A stretch of DNA of 59,032 nucleotides from a virus (IMGVR_UViG_3300025084_000024:1-59032); one strand, 5' to 3'. Counted from the first letter of the stretch, positions 18,924-28,297 are shown. Program-made: numbers and translations. Notes: generated by a model not told the origin, from the letters alone.

Positions 18924-20668
18924 CCATCACAACTTAAACATTCAGGATCCATAGCCGCTGCTGCTATATCACCTCTTAGTACTGATTCTGTTCTAGTATA
19001 ATATAAAGTTTTTATTCCGCGTTTCCAAGCTTCTATATGAACTTGATTCATCCATTTGGGCGTTGCTTCAGAAGGAAATGCTAAGTTTAAACTTACAGAT
19101 TGATCTATATAGTCTTGTCTTATACCAGCTTGTCTAATCAATTCTAATTGATTTATTTCTTTAAATGTTTTAAATACATTTTTTACAGATTCTCCTTCTC
19201 CTTCTTTAGTAAGTCTTCCTCCGTGATCGTAAACCCATCCATCAAATTGTTTAATTCCTTGAATGGATCCACCATCTTCCAAAATTTTGTCCCAAGTTTC
19301 TTTATTGTCGATTCCAATTTTTCTTAATACTTTTTTAAGTTCTTTATTTTTACGTATAAATGTTCCTTTAGCAGATTGTTCTGTAAATACATTTGCGGCC
19401 CAGGGTTCAATACCTGGTGATACATTTCCTGATAATTTACTATTAGAAACTGTAGGCGCTACCGCTCTTAAATGCGTATTACGAAATCCTGTCCCTACAC
19501 ACCATAAAGGTTCACCATAAGTTTCCGCTAATGCTCTTGAAGCTCTTTCAGTTTCAATTTTTATTTTTGAAAAAATTTCTCGCGTTTTGAATTGCGCTAA
19601 TAAACTTTCGAAAGCGATTCCGTTTTTTTGTAGTAGGCTGTGCCATCCAAGGACACCAAGCCCAAGTGCCCTTCCTTTTTCCGCACTGCGTACAGAGTTC
19701 TCGAATCCCTTCATATTCTTTGCCTTCTGGATAAATTCTTCTAGCACACCGTCCAGGAACCATGTTGCGTCGTATATCAGATTGGTATTCTTCCATTCAT
19801 CATATTTATCTAAATTAACCGATGATAAGCAGCAAACAAAACTATGACTTTCATCTGTATGTAACACTATTTCGCTACAAATATTAGTCATATGTACTTT
19901 TAAACTATTTTTTTTGTATGCTGTTGGGTTATTTTTGTTTGCATTTCCCTTAAAAAGAATATAAGGTTCTCCAGTAGCTTTGCGCTTTTGGAGGAGTTTG
20001 GACCATTTCCCCCGTGCATCCTTATCTCCCGCTTCAAGTCTTCGCATAAACTTGTCACCGACCACAGCACACTGGTGTAAGTTAAGGGATTGTCTATTGA
20101 CATCTCCTTTAGGTTCTCTAATTTCAATCCATTCATCAAAGTCGGAATGTTCAATATTGATATTAACTGAAGCAGCTCCTCGTCTGACAGATCCTTGATT
20201 AGTGGCAAGTATTGTTGAATCGTATATTTTGCAAAACGGCACCACTCCATCACTTGTTCCATTACCTGTTATTTTAGCTCCAGCGGGACGAATCATATTA
20301 ATTCCGATACCAACACCCCCGCCGTGTTTTGCTAGTAACATCATTTCTAAATTTTTAGTACCAATATCATGCACACTATCTGCAACATCTATTCCAAAAC
20401 AGCTAATTGGTAATCCTCTATCTGCACCTGTGTTAGATAATACTGGTGAAGCTAAACATAACCATCCTTTCCATATATAATCAAAAAACTTTTCGGCTAA
20501 TTCAGGTTTATATAATCTTTTAGCTACAGCATTGCTTACTCTCCAATATGCATCTTTAGGAGATTCTCCATTAACTAAATAACCTCCCGCAATAGTTTTT
20601 TTGTAAACATCAGTATCACCCCAGCTGGGATAATCTTCTCCTTTTACCCAATTATCATTCCAACCCAT
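18920..20668 (-). CDS. nrdA: Class I ribonucleotide reductase alpha subunit, no ATP cone
   Basis: 'ISCF', 'TNICSEI', 'CCLSS', 'APTVSNS', 'QSVSLN', 'TLYY' and C-terminal CxxC. Confidence 0.96.
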   Translation of the reverse strand: MGWNDNWVKGEDYPSWGDTDVYKKTIAGGYLVNGESPKDAYWRVSNAVAKRLYKPELAEKFFDYIWKGWLCLASPVLSNTGADRGLPISCFGIDVADSVHDIGTKNLEMMLLAKHGGGVGIGINMIRPAGAKITGNGTSDGVVPFCKIYDSTILATNQGSVRRGAASVNINIEHSDFDEWIEIREPKGDVNRQSLNLHQCAVVGDKFMRRLEAGDKDARGKWSKLLQKRKATGEPYILFKGNANKNNPTAYKKNSLKVHMTNICSEIVLHTDESHSFVCCLSSVNLDKYDEWKNTNLIYDATWFLDGVLEEFIQKAKNMKGFENSVRSAEKGRALGLGVLGWHSLLQKNGIAFESLLAQFKTREIFSKIKIETERASRALAETYGEPLWCVGTGFRNTHLRAVAPTVSNSKLSGNVSPGIEPWAANVFTEQSAKGTFIRKNKELKKVLRKIGIDNKETWDKILEDGGSIQGIKQFDGWVYDHGGRLTKEGEGESVKNVFKTFKEINQLELIRQAGIRQDYIDQSVSLNLAFPSEATPKWMNQVHIEAWKRGIKTLYYTRTESVLRGDIAAAAMDPECLSCDG

Positions 20669-21012
20669 TAATATAATTTTACATATTCAATAGTTCCATT
20701 CCAATCACCTTTTATTTCTGCGCTTAATGAATCTTTATTTATTAATTTATAAACCACAAAGATCTTATGATCAATAGCAGGATTTACGCAAATAGTTTTT
20801 ATACTATCATTATTGAATAGTAAAGTTTTTTCAATAAGTCTATCATCTTGTTCAAAACTATAAGTTAATATATTTACTTCATTATAACTATCATTAACTA
20901 TAATGTTTGTTAAATAATCTGTTTCAACACTAGCCCATATTCCTTCAAAATCTTGTATTTGTCCGTAAGTAATGTTAAAAATTAAAGTTAAAAGTATTGC
21001 TAATTTTTTCAT
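20668..21012 (-). CDS. Secreted protein (Sec signal peptide), possible lipocalin-like beta-barrel
   Basis: MKKLAILLTLIFNITYG|Q signal with +1 Gln, followed by 'FEGIW'. Confidence 0.6.
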   Translation of the reverse strand: MKKLAILLTLIFNITYGQIQDFEGIWASVETDYLTNIIVNDSYNEVNILTYSFEQDDRLIEKTLLFNNDSIKTICVNPAIDHKIFVVYKLINKDSLSAEIKGDWNGTIEYVKLY

Positions 21013-21016
21013 AATA

Positions 21017-21235
21017 TTAAATTTCTAATTGTTTTTCGTTTTTTGTTTCAGTTGCTTTTTCTTTAAGTTTTTTAATTGCTTCATCATGACCAGGCATTAA
21101 TTTAATAGTTTCATGAGTACCAAAAGTCATAGTTCTTAAATTTTCATTTTCGGTAATAAGTTGTTGCAGCACATTTGTAATAGCTGCAATGCGTTGCTCT
21201 ACGCTGTCTAATCTACTTTGTTTTTTTGTTTTCAT
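21017..21235 (-). CDS. Hypothetical coiled-coil protein
   Basis: 72-aa ORF in the operon. Confidence 0.6.
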   Translation of the reverse strand: MKTKKQSRLDSVEQRIAAITNVLQQLITENENLRTMTFGTHETIKLMPGHDEAIKKLKEKATETKNEKQLEI

Positions 21236-21268
21236 ATTATTTGATTTTATAAAACATTACTAATACTA

Positions 21269-21523
21269 TTAAAAATTGTATAAATAAATTAAATATCCTA
21301 ATGTTACATTTAAATTTACTACTACTAAATTCCATTGTTTTGCTACAAATACCTGCGGCAACGATAGTATACCTCCTGCTACATATGTAATAGCACCTAC
21401 TGCATCAGGCAATAAATAAGGTGAAATCATTATAAAGCCTGCACCCATATACCCTAACCTATTAGATAATCTTTCTAATGGGGTTAGCTTTCTTTCTTTT
21501 ACAAGATTTTTTAAATTTACCAT
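21269..21523 (-). CDS. Small membrane protein (about 3 TM segments)
   Basis: Hydrophobic helices and an 'LPQ' motif. Overlaps the nrdB stop. Confidence 0.6.
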   Translation of the reverse strand: MVNLKNLVKERKLTPLERLSNRLGYMGAGFIMISPYLLPDAVGAITYVAGGILSLPQVFVAKQWNLVVVNLNVTLGYLIYLYNF

Positions 21524-22485
21524 ATATCTTCAAAATCCTCCCCTTCGTTTGCTTTAGAATAATCAGTCGGGCGAACAGCAAAAAAATCAGTATGAGTATG
21601 CCCCCCGGTAAGATGATAGAACCAGTCAAGATTGCCTGCTGCTTTTTTATTAAATTCAAAGTTGAACCCACTGTTCCCGTATCCAAGTTCTTGTAATTTT
21701 TCATTAAGACGTTTTCTGATAAATTGTTTAAGATCATAGGCTTTGAGGTTTTCAATGTCCCCCAATTCAAACATTTTATCAATGTATCGTTCCTCTGCGT
21801 TGAGTATTGTTTTAGCCGCTTCAAATATTTGTTCTTTACATTCATTTATTAAATTTGGCTCTTCTTCACACATATGCCTAAACAATTGACAACCCATTTT
21901 ACTGTGAAGTGATTCGTCGCGTACAGACCACTTCATTTGTTGTCCAATACCTTTTAGTAAATTTCTTAATTGAAAAGAATATAATACAGCAAAAGCAGAA
22001 TATAAACTAACTCCTTCAGCAAAAGCAGAAAATATAGCCAAAGATTTTGCAATACCAATTTTTTCAGATCCTTTATAAGCAACAAGGTTGTCAAACCTTT
22101 CCATAGTTGCTTCATCTTGTAGAAAAGCTTCAAAGTTTTCAAGTCCTAATGTTTCATTTAAATAACTATAGGCTACTGCATGAATTGTTTCTTGATTACC
22201 AAACATCATAGCCATCTGTTGAATTTCATGCTTAGGAAACCACGCAACTACCTTTTGTGTCCAATAATCGGACACTGCACATTCAGTTTGCGCAAAACCT
22301 AACAATATATTACCTACTAAATTTTTTTCTTCTTTGGTTAGTTTTTCATTCCAATCCTTTACGTCACCAGACATAGGTATTTCTGTGTGTAACCAAAATG
22401 CCTGTGCTTGTTTTAACCATCCTTCAGTATAATATTCTGGATAATCAAAAGGTTTATATGCTACTCTTAAATCAAATAGTCCCAT
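21517..22485 (-). CDS. nrdB: Class I ribonucleotide reductase beta subunit
   Basis: Ferritin-like ligands 'FAQTE', 'ETIHAVAY', 'FAEGVSLYSAF' and 'RDESLH'. Confidence 0.96.
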   Translation of the reverse strand: MGLFDLRVAYKPFDYPEYYTEGWLKQAQAFWLHTEIPMSGDVKDWNEKLTKEEKNLVGNILLGFAQTECAVSDYWTQKVVAWFPKHEIQQMAMMFGNQETIHAVAYSYLNETLGLENFEAFLQDEATMERFDNLVAYKGSEKIGIAKSLAIFSAFAEGVSLYSAFAVLYSFQLRNLLKGIGQQMKWSVRDESLHSKMGCQLFRHMCEEEPNLINECKEQIFEAAKTILNAEERYIDKMFELGDIENLKAYDLKQFIRKRLNEKLQELGYGNSGFNFEFNKKAAGNLDWFYHLTGGHTHTDFFAVRPTDYSKANEGEDFEDIW

Positions 22486-22488
22486 TTA

Positions 22489-22650
22489 TTATTTATCTAT
22501 TATTAAACAAAAATCTATGAAAGGTAAATATACAACATGCTCATTATAATCTTTATTAATATAAGATCTTATTCCTAACAATATACCCGGATACAACCCA
22601 ATACTAAGTTCCCATCCTTTAGCGTCCTTGCCCTCTGTATTTTTTAACAT
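22489..22650 (-). CDS. Hypothetical protein (start uncertain)
   Basis: 'WELSIGLYPGILLGIRSY...HVVYLPFID'. The start is placed at the internal Met because the upstream part overlaps another gene. Confidence 0.5.
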   Translation of the reverse strand: MLKNTEGKDAKGWELSIGLYPGILLGIRSYINKDYNEHVVYLPFIDFCLIIDK

Positions 22651-22753
22651 AGTTTTTACTTTTTTTAAGTTGTGAAGTTTTGCTTTTTGCGTGCACATTA
22701 GGACGCTTTACTTTATTTTTTGTTTTGTAATTATTTAATATTATTTTTGCCAT
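22619..22753 (-). CDS. Very basic 44-aa protein ending YRGQGR, not in the ORF track
   Basis: MAKIILNNYKTKNKVKRPNVHAKSKTSQLKKSKNYVKKYRGQGR, a motif recurrent in marine phages. Confidence 0.75.
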   Translation of the reverse strand: MAKIILNNYKTKNKVKRPNVHAKSKTSQLKKSKNYVKKYRGQGR

Positions 22754-22919
22754 AACATTTTATATTGTGCATTTCATGTAATTCAACAAGCTCTTTATAC
22801 AAAAGTCTTCCTCTTGTTTCTATACTCCATTTAATAAATTTATCAATTTGTCTATCCGCATATTTAATGCGAGCTATTTTTTTGCCTTTTCTAGGATCAA
22901 TTCTACCGTTCTGTCGCAT
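22731..22919 (-). CDS. Hypothetical protein
   Basis: 62-aa ORF overlapping its neighbours. Confidence 0.45.
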   Translation of the reverse strand: MRQNGRIDPRKGKKIARIKYADRQIDKFIKWSIETRGRLLYKELVELHEMHNIKCYGKNNIK

Positions 22920-23335
22920 TCTTTTTGATTCTGTGGTTTGTATAGTGTATAATTTGGGAACTGATTCATCACAAGTTGTTTAAATAGCTTCCAGCGCATT
23001 GGAAATGATTCATTAGCCCTTCCTTTTGTTTCAATTATAAAAGTATCTCCTATAAAGTCGGGTGTATATTTAATAGGCAATATTCTTTTGCAGCCTCTAT
23101 TCTTATAATCACCTTTGCCATTTGATTGTCTTTCATATACTTCGTTTTCAAAATGAAAACCATTTAACAAAACAAAAGTTTCTCCTTCATACTTTGTCCG
23201 TATTTTAGCTTTTTTTAAAGCCATATACATATACCTTTCTAAGCCTGAAGCAAAATTAATACCATCATATGACACTTTTTTTGAAACAACCGGTCCACGT
23301 TTTCTTTTTTTATATGGTCGCCGTTTAATCATCAT
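22874..23335 (-). CDS. T7 endonuclease I-like PD-(D/E)XK nuclease / resolvase
   Basis: 'FASGLE', 'YTPDF' and 'IIETKG' motifs. Confidence 0.85.
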   Translation of the reverse strand: MMIKRRPYKKRKRGPVVSKKVSYDGINFASGLERYMYMALKKAKIRTKYEGETFVLLNGFHFENEVYERQSNGKGDYKNRGCKRILPIKYTPDFIGDTFIIETKGRANESFPMRWKLFKQLVMNQFPNYTLYKPQNQKECDRTVELILEKAKK

Positions 23336-23585
23336 TAAATGTTTTATTTATGTTTTTTAGCATTACTTCCTGAAGCTCTTCTGTAGTATTTTCTTTAAGT
23401 TTTTGAAGATATAATACTGCATCCATTAATTCTTCTTGTAAATGATTCATCCAAATAAACATATTAGAAGGATCTTGGTCAAGAGTTATTTTATATTTTT
23501 CATAACCTACATCAGATCGCTCTACAAACTTATCTACTACACGTTCAACTACTGGATCCCTAAATTTAATTTTTTTCTTATTCAT
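23325..23585 (-). CDS. Small all-alpha NTP pyrophosphohydrolase-like protein
   Basis: 'GYEKY...WMNHLQEELMDAVLY' (EExxD helix). Confidence 0.6.
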   Translation of the reverse strand: MNKKKIKFRDPVVERVVDKFVERSDVGYEKYKITLDQDPSNMFIWMNHLQEELMDAVLYLQKLKENTTEELQEVMLKNINKTFNDD

Positions 23586-24354
23586 CTTTCACAAATGTTC
23601 CGTTAATCATTCTACCAGTTCTATTAGATATTTCATCATAAGCAGACTGAATGCAAGTTTCAATATCGGTACCGACAAGATGGGCAAGATTAGTAAGAAC
23701 AACAACGCTATCACCAATAGCATCAATAATATCTTCTTTATTATTTTTAAGTAAGGCTTGGGATAGTTCTCCAGATTCTTCATATAATTTAATTATTTGT
23801 GTTTTAGTATCACCCTTTTCATATAATCCTCTTTCTTCTGCCCAATTGCGTATATTATTAAATATATCTATTAATTCAACAGGTGGTATTAAATTGTTTT
23901 CAGGGTTTAAAAAAGCTTCATAATAAGCTTTGTTATAAATGTAACTGCGTTTTTCGTTGTACATAGATTTTTTGCAGTTAAGTAATATCCAATTAATTGT
24001 TTCAACATTAAGCTCAAAATCACCATGTGATGTTTCCCACGATAAGTCCATGTTATCCCTTAACCAATTGTTAAGTTGTAATTTAGGCACAGGAAATGTT
24101 GTAGTTTGTTCGGTAACGTTTATTTTCATTTTATTTAATTTTTGATTACATAAATTTTTATATTTTTGTCTGTCAACTTTATAGCCATAAGATTTTTGAA
24201 GTTCTATTTCCCGGTCAGATATATAATTTATATCATCACTAGAATCAAGAACTTCATATTCATCTAACTTATACCCTTGTACAGTCGTTACGCGTTTATT
24301 AAGATTACGTGTAACTCCTATTTTTTTACCCGGTATGTGATAAATAAAGTACAT
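23578..24354 (-). CDS. Fusion: GIY-YIG-like N-terminus, middle domain and MazG-like pyrophosphatase
   Basis: 'YFIYHI..KIGVT..LNKR..REIELQ' at the N-terminus. 'WAEERGL..KLYEESGEL..DAIGD' at the C-terminus. Confidence 0.75.
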   Translation of the reverse strand: MYFIYHIPGKKIGVTRNLNKRVTTVQGYKLDEYEVLDSSDDINYISDREIELQKSYGYKVDRQKYKNLCNQKLNKMKINVTEQTTTFPVPKLQLNNWLRDNMDLSWETSHGDFELNVETINWILLNCKKSMYNEKRSYIYNKAYYEAFLNPENNLIPPVELIDIFNNIRNWAEERGLYEKGDTKTQIIKLYEESGELSQALLKNNKEDIIDAIGDSVVVLTNLAHLVGTDIETCIQSAYDEISNRTGRMINGTFVKDE

Positions 24355-24357
24355 AGT

Positions 24358-25170
24358 TTATGTTGCTAATGGTGCTTTAATTAAAGTAGCAGGATTATAA
24401 TTAATTAAAGTTATATCCTCATGAGTTGGTATATCTACTTCATGTGTTAAAGATAGCCCTTTTTTTAATATTACTGTAGGTAATTTACCATCAGCCCTGT
24501 TTAAATATTTTAATGATTGTTCTAAATGATTATTATATAAGTGACAATCTCCCATAAAACAAATTAATTCGCCAGGTTTATATCCAAAACCTTTAGCTAA
24601 CATAAGTAGTAACAAACCATACATAGCTATATCATATGGTAAACCTAAAAAAACATCAACTGATCTTTGTGACCATGACAAGCTTAATTTACCATCATTT
24701 ATATAAACTTGAAAACCATAATGACAAGGAGGCAATGCCATATCATCCAATTCATGGGGATTCCATAAGCTTGCCATAATGCGCCGTGAGCTTGGTTCCT
24801 GTTTAATTTGCTTGAGAACTTGTTCAAGCTGATCAATACCATTAAAGTTACGAAGCTGCTTACCATAAACAGGACCAAGTGTATTATCGGTTCTTCCGGA
24901 TTTTTCATAATTCTCATTCCAGTAAGTAACACCGTGATGCTGCAAGTAATCCATGTCATTGCGACCTTGTAATATCCATAGTAATTCCGTAATTGCATGA
25001 TTAAAATATATTTTTTTAGCGGTTAATAATGGAAATCCGAGTTCCATATTATGTCTAAGAACTCTTCCGAAGACAGATCTCGTCCCAGTGCCAGTTCTAT
25101 CTTTCTTTTCCTTTCCTCCATTGAGTATTCCTGATAATAATCCTCTGTATTCATCTTGTACGTTTATCAT
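24358..25170 (-). CDS. thyA: Thymidylate synthase-family enzyme with Asn177->Asp (possible dCMP methyltransferase)
   Basis: 'DRTGTGT', 'FPLLT', 'SRR', 'LPPCH', 'QRSVDVFLGLPYD' and 'GDCHLYNNH'. Confidence 0.93.
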   Translation of the reverse strand: MINVQDEYRGLLSGILNGGKEKKDRTGTGTRSVFGRVLRHNMELGFPLLTAKKIYFNHAITELLWILQGRNDMDYLQHHGVTYWNENYEKSGRTDNTLGPVYGKQLRNFNGIDQLEQVLKQIKQEPSSRRIMASLWNPHELDDMALPPCHYGFQVYINDGKLSLSWSQRSVDVFLGLPYDIAMYGLLLLMLAKGFGYKPGELICFMGDCHLYNNHLEQSLKYLNRADGKLPTVILKKGLSLTHEVDIPTHEDITLINYNPATLIKAPLAT

Positions 25171-25444
25171 AATAATATTTCATTGTTTTTTTTATTGCTG
25201 GCCATATATCTTTATCATTGTACGATAGAGGAGATATATGTGCCTTTTCATTTTTTTTATATGGTCCTAGTCTTATTTCTATAAACCAAGCTTCAGGAAA
25301 TAATCCTTTTGTAGTAGGTTTAGGAGATATACGATAATTATTATTAATGCAATAATTAAAATGTAATTGTTCTTCCTTTGTTAATGTTGTAGCATATTTT
25401 GATAAACCTTTATAAGATTTTTTTTTAACTAAACCGCTTCCCAT
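25151..25444 (-). CDS. Hypothetical protein
   Basis: 97-aa ORF overlapping both neighbours. Confidence 0.55.
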   Translation of the reverse strand: MGSGLVKKKSYKGLSKYATTLTKEEQLHFNYCINNNYRISPKPTTKGLFPEAWFIEIRLGPYKKNEKAHISPLSYNDKDIWPAIKKTMKYYYDKRTR

Positions 25445-27153
25445 GGCATTGCTTCATTTATAACTGTTTCAGGGTATATGGGTATAAAACAACCTGATTT
25501 ATATTCCCATTTAAAATGGGCTTCCGCACCATTTTCACCTAAGTTTTGAAATTTAACCTTAAGCACCTTGGCTTTAACAGTTTTATTATCATAATCGCGG
25601 TGAACCAATAAACCGTGATAAGACGCATCATACCATTCACCACCGCCTTTAATATTATACATAGTTGGTTCTTCAATTTTTCCATCATTATTTTTATACA
25701 TTTTTGTTGGGTGAGCTACAACTATAACTAAAACATCATATTTTTTTGCAAATGTTTCAATTTTAGTTAAATATTCCATTGTATATCTATTAACATCTTC
25801 TGTTTTGCAATTTACATCTCTAATTTTATTAAATGGGTCAATAACTAAGCATTTAATACCTTTTCTTTTAACAAGTTCAGCACCTTTCTTTAAAACTGAT
25901 TCTAAAGTATAGCGCTCCATGTCTATAAAAAAGAAATTGTCATTAACATGCCCAGCTATTGATTTCCATTTTGCTCCACCAATGTCGGACTTGTGTGGCA
26001 TATCTTGCCATACTTTTCGCATTAGCTTATGAGCGTGTAAAAAAGTAGGTGCATTTTCGGGTGATGCAAAGGCTGTTTTCCATTGATAATTTTGATTATA
26101 ACCTACAACCATTTGATCCACAAAATCAGACTTACCACTGCTTGGTATACCAGTAACAGTAATAAACTGACCAGTATAAGTACTGAAAATATCGTCGAAA
26201 TTGCTAAGCCCAATTTGGTAACCTTTTTTAAAACCATTTTCAACAAAATCTGTAATTTCACCTTCAATGTCTTTGAATGTTGTAACGTTTTCAAGCGGGA
26301 CCGCTTTCGCTTGTTGTACAAGTTTTGATAATCCTTTAGTTCCATGCTTTAATAAATATTCGTTTGCATCTTTGCAATCATTGAAGTCTATAATAAAACA
26401 AACCTCTGCACCAAGACGTCTAATTAATTCTTGTTGCAAGGCTTGTCCTGCTTCATCTTTATCAACTGCTAAAATTATCTTTTCTTTATTTTCAAGATAG
26501 TCTATACAGTTATCTAAGTAATCTAAGTTATTACTATTTAAAGTTGCCCCGTTAGGGACAGAGATAGTATTAAATACACCAGCTTCATGGAAAGATAATA
26601 CATCCATTTCGCCTTCCACAATAATACAACTAGTGTGATTAGCAACGCTATTGATATTATAAAATACTTTTTCGGCTCCTTTAAATAGTTTAAAGTTTTT
26701 TCTAGCATCTCTATATTTTATATTAATTAATTCATTACCTATAAAATAATTAAACTTAATTGTATTTTCAAGTTTATTAGTTTGTGGCATCCATTCTTGG
26801 CCTTCTGAAACTTTTAAAGCTTTAAGGGTTTTAACAGATATACCTCTTGAATCAAACCACTTTTCAACCTTAGTGCTTTCTATGGGTGCTACACTTTGCC
26901 CAACTGGTCGCGTGTATTCCTTTAAGCTATTACCTTTTCTTTGGTAAGTATGTAACTGAAAAGTAGTATCACAATTATGACAAGTACCTAAACCGGTTTG
27001 CCAATCATAAGAAGCACATTTTAATTTTTGCTTTTGTGACTTCCTATCAGATGAACACAGGGGACAAATCCCCTGCGCTTTTCCTTCTTCAAGATCATAT
27101 TGGTTAAAATCTTCAATTTTATAACCATTTATTTCCTGAGTATTAATTTGCAT
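25429..27153 (-). CDS. T7 gp4/Twinkle-like primase-helicase
   Basis: Zn finger (CPLC...CHNC), TOPRIM ('IVEGEMD', 'DKD', 'KDANE'), Walker A 'GIPSSGKS', 'VIDP', 'VAHP'. Confidence 0.95.
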   Translation of the reverse strand: MQINTQEINGYKIEDFNQYDLEEGKAQGICPLCSSDRKSQKQKLKCASYDWQTGLGTCHNCDTTFQLHTYQRKGNSLKEYTRPVGQSVAPIESTKVEKWFDSRGISVKTLKALKVSEGQEWMPQTNKLENTIKFNYFIGNELINIKYRDARKNFKLFKGAEKVFYNINSVANHTSCIIVEGEMDVLSFHEAGVFNTISVPNGATLNSNNLDYLDNCIDYLENKEKIILAVDKDEAGQALQQELIRRLGAEVCFIIDFNDCKDANEYLLKHGTKGLSKLVQQAKAVPLENVTTFKDIEGEITDFVENGFKKGYQIGLSNFDDIFSTYTGQFITVTGIPSSGKSDFVDQMVVGYNQNYQWKTAFASPENAPTFLHAHKLMRKVWQDMPHKSDIGGAKWKSIAGHVNDNFFFIDMERYTLESVLKKGAELVKRKGIKCLVIDPFNKIRDVNCKTEDVNRYTMEYLTKIETFAKKYDVLVIVVAHPTKMYKNNDGKIEEPTMYNIKGGGEWYDASYHGLLVHRDYDNKTVKAKVLKVKFQNLGENGAEAHFKWEYKSGCFIPIYPETVINEAMPWEAV

Positions 27154-27255
27154 TTAATTTTCGTTTTTTAGTACTGGTTCGTTGTTTTCATCGTAATGAA
27201 CATAAATCCATTTTTCATCAATCACATCGTAATATTTATTAAAACGGTAAATCAT
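27154..27255 (-). CDS. 33-aa hypothetical protein, not in the ORF track
   Basis: MIYRFNKYYDVIDEKWIYVHYDENNEPVLKNEN fills the SSB-primase gap and its stop abuts the primase ATG. Confidence 0.5.
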   Translation of the reverse strand: MIYRFNKYYDVIDEKWIYVHYDENNEPVLKNEN

Positions 27256-27553
27256 CTGCTACGGGTTGAGGTTTGGGGGCCGCAGGCGCTGAAGAAATAT
27301 TATCTCTTGGCGCTGGCTCTACGTTTTGGCCATTCGTCCAAACAACATTAACATTGCCTAAATAAACCTTAGGCTCTTTGCTTTCACGTTGTTCTTTTGA
27401 TTGACGTACAGTTAATGATCCTTGTTGACCAAACTGGTCTATTTCATCATTAATTGTAATTGTTACAGGTAAATACTTACCTTTTTTTCCATCAATAATT
27501 TCGTTCTTTGGAACTTTTGATAGATTAATACTTGTGTTTAAGATAGTTGCCAT
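27239..27553 (-). CDS. Single-stranded DNA-binding protein
   Basis: Pro/Ala linker, C-terminal 'DDLPF', and position among the replication genes. Confidence 0.8.
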   Translation of the reverse strand: MATILNTSINLSKVPKNEIIDGKKGKYLPVTITINDEIDQFGQQGSLTVRQSKEQRESKEPKVYLGNVNVVWTNGQNVEPAPRDNISSAPAAPKPQPVADDLPF

Positions 27554-27565
27554 ATAAAATAAAAT

Positions 27566-28297
27566 TTAAAGTGTTTCATTAATAAAATATTGTTGAGGGT
27601 CAAAGTTAGGTGTATTATAATGTAAATCAAACATTTCACACGCTTTAATTACTTTATCTTCACCTTTTTGTAAAAACTTTTCAGAACAATCACATAGTTT
27701 AATTTTATGTGTATTTTTATCCATTACAATAAAAACCATTTCAAATCCAAATAGTTTATTATAAATATAAGATTGACTGTCATAATTAAACTTATTTGCA
27801 CTGAAGCGAAAATTATCAAGATTTGTTGTAGTTTTTAAATCAATAACTAAACGTTCATCATAATTAATAATATCAGCCTTAGCTTTCCAATTAAAATCAA
27901 AGATTTTACCTACAGCAGGTTCTTCATAAATTATATTAGATCCTGTAATTAAGCTTTCAATAAACTTATTTTTAAGTAATTTGTCCGTCATAGCTTCTAC
28001 CATATCAGCTTCCTGTTGAAGTAAACACATTTCACCATCAGATATTTCTTTATAGTGTTTAGTGTTTCTACTTGAGCTTTCTATAATTTTAAAAGATTTA
28101 ACTTTTTCAGGTTCTAATATAATAGTATGAAAATATCCACCAATAAGCATAGCAGCTGTTTTTTCAACTGTATCATATAACTTTTCAGGTTCACTAAGTA
28201 AAGTTCTAATGTTTGAATTGCTTAAATATTGCTGTCCAAACTTACCATAGTAATGTTCATCTTCTCTTAGCTTATCTACTATTTCCTTGCTATTCAT
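27566..28297 (-). CDS. RecE/exonuclease VIII-like PD-(D/E)XK exonuclease
   Basis: 'LSNS', 'GGYFHTIILEP', 'KAKADI...IDLKTT', 'YDSQSYIY'. Confidence 0.85.
   Translation of the reverse strand: MNSKEIVDKLREDEHYYGKFGQQYLSNSNIRTLLSEPEKLYDTVEKTAAMLIGGYFHTIILEPEKVKSFKIIESSSRNTKHYKEISDGEMCLLQQEADMVEAMTDKLLKNKFIESLITGSNIIYEEPAVGKIFDFNWKAKADIINYDERLVIDLKTTTNLDNFRFSANKFNYDSQSYIYNKLFGFEMVFIVMDKNTHKIKLCDCSEKFLQKGEDKVIKACEMFDLHYNTPNFDPQQYFINETL

Noticed and set aside
19554-19796. Alternative-frame ORF / GC-richer patch inside nrdA
   Set aside because: No start context or motif. More simply a recombined patch or chance.
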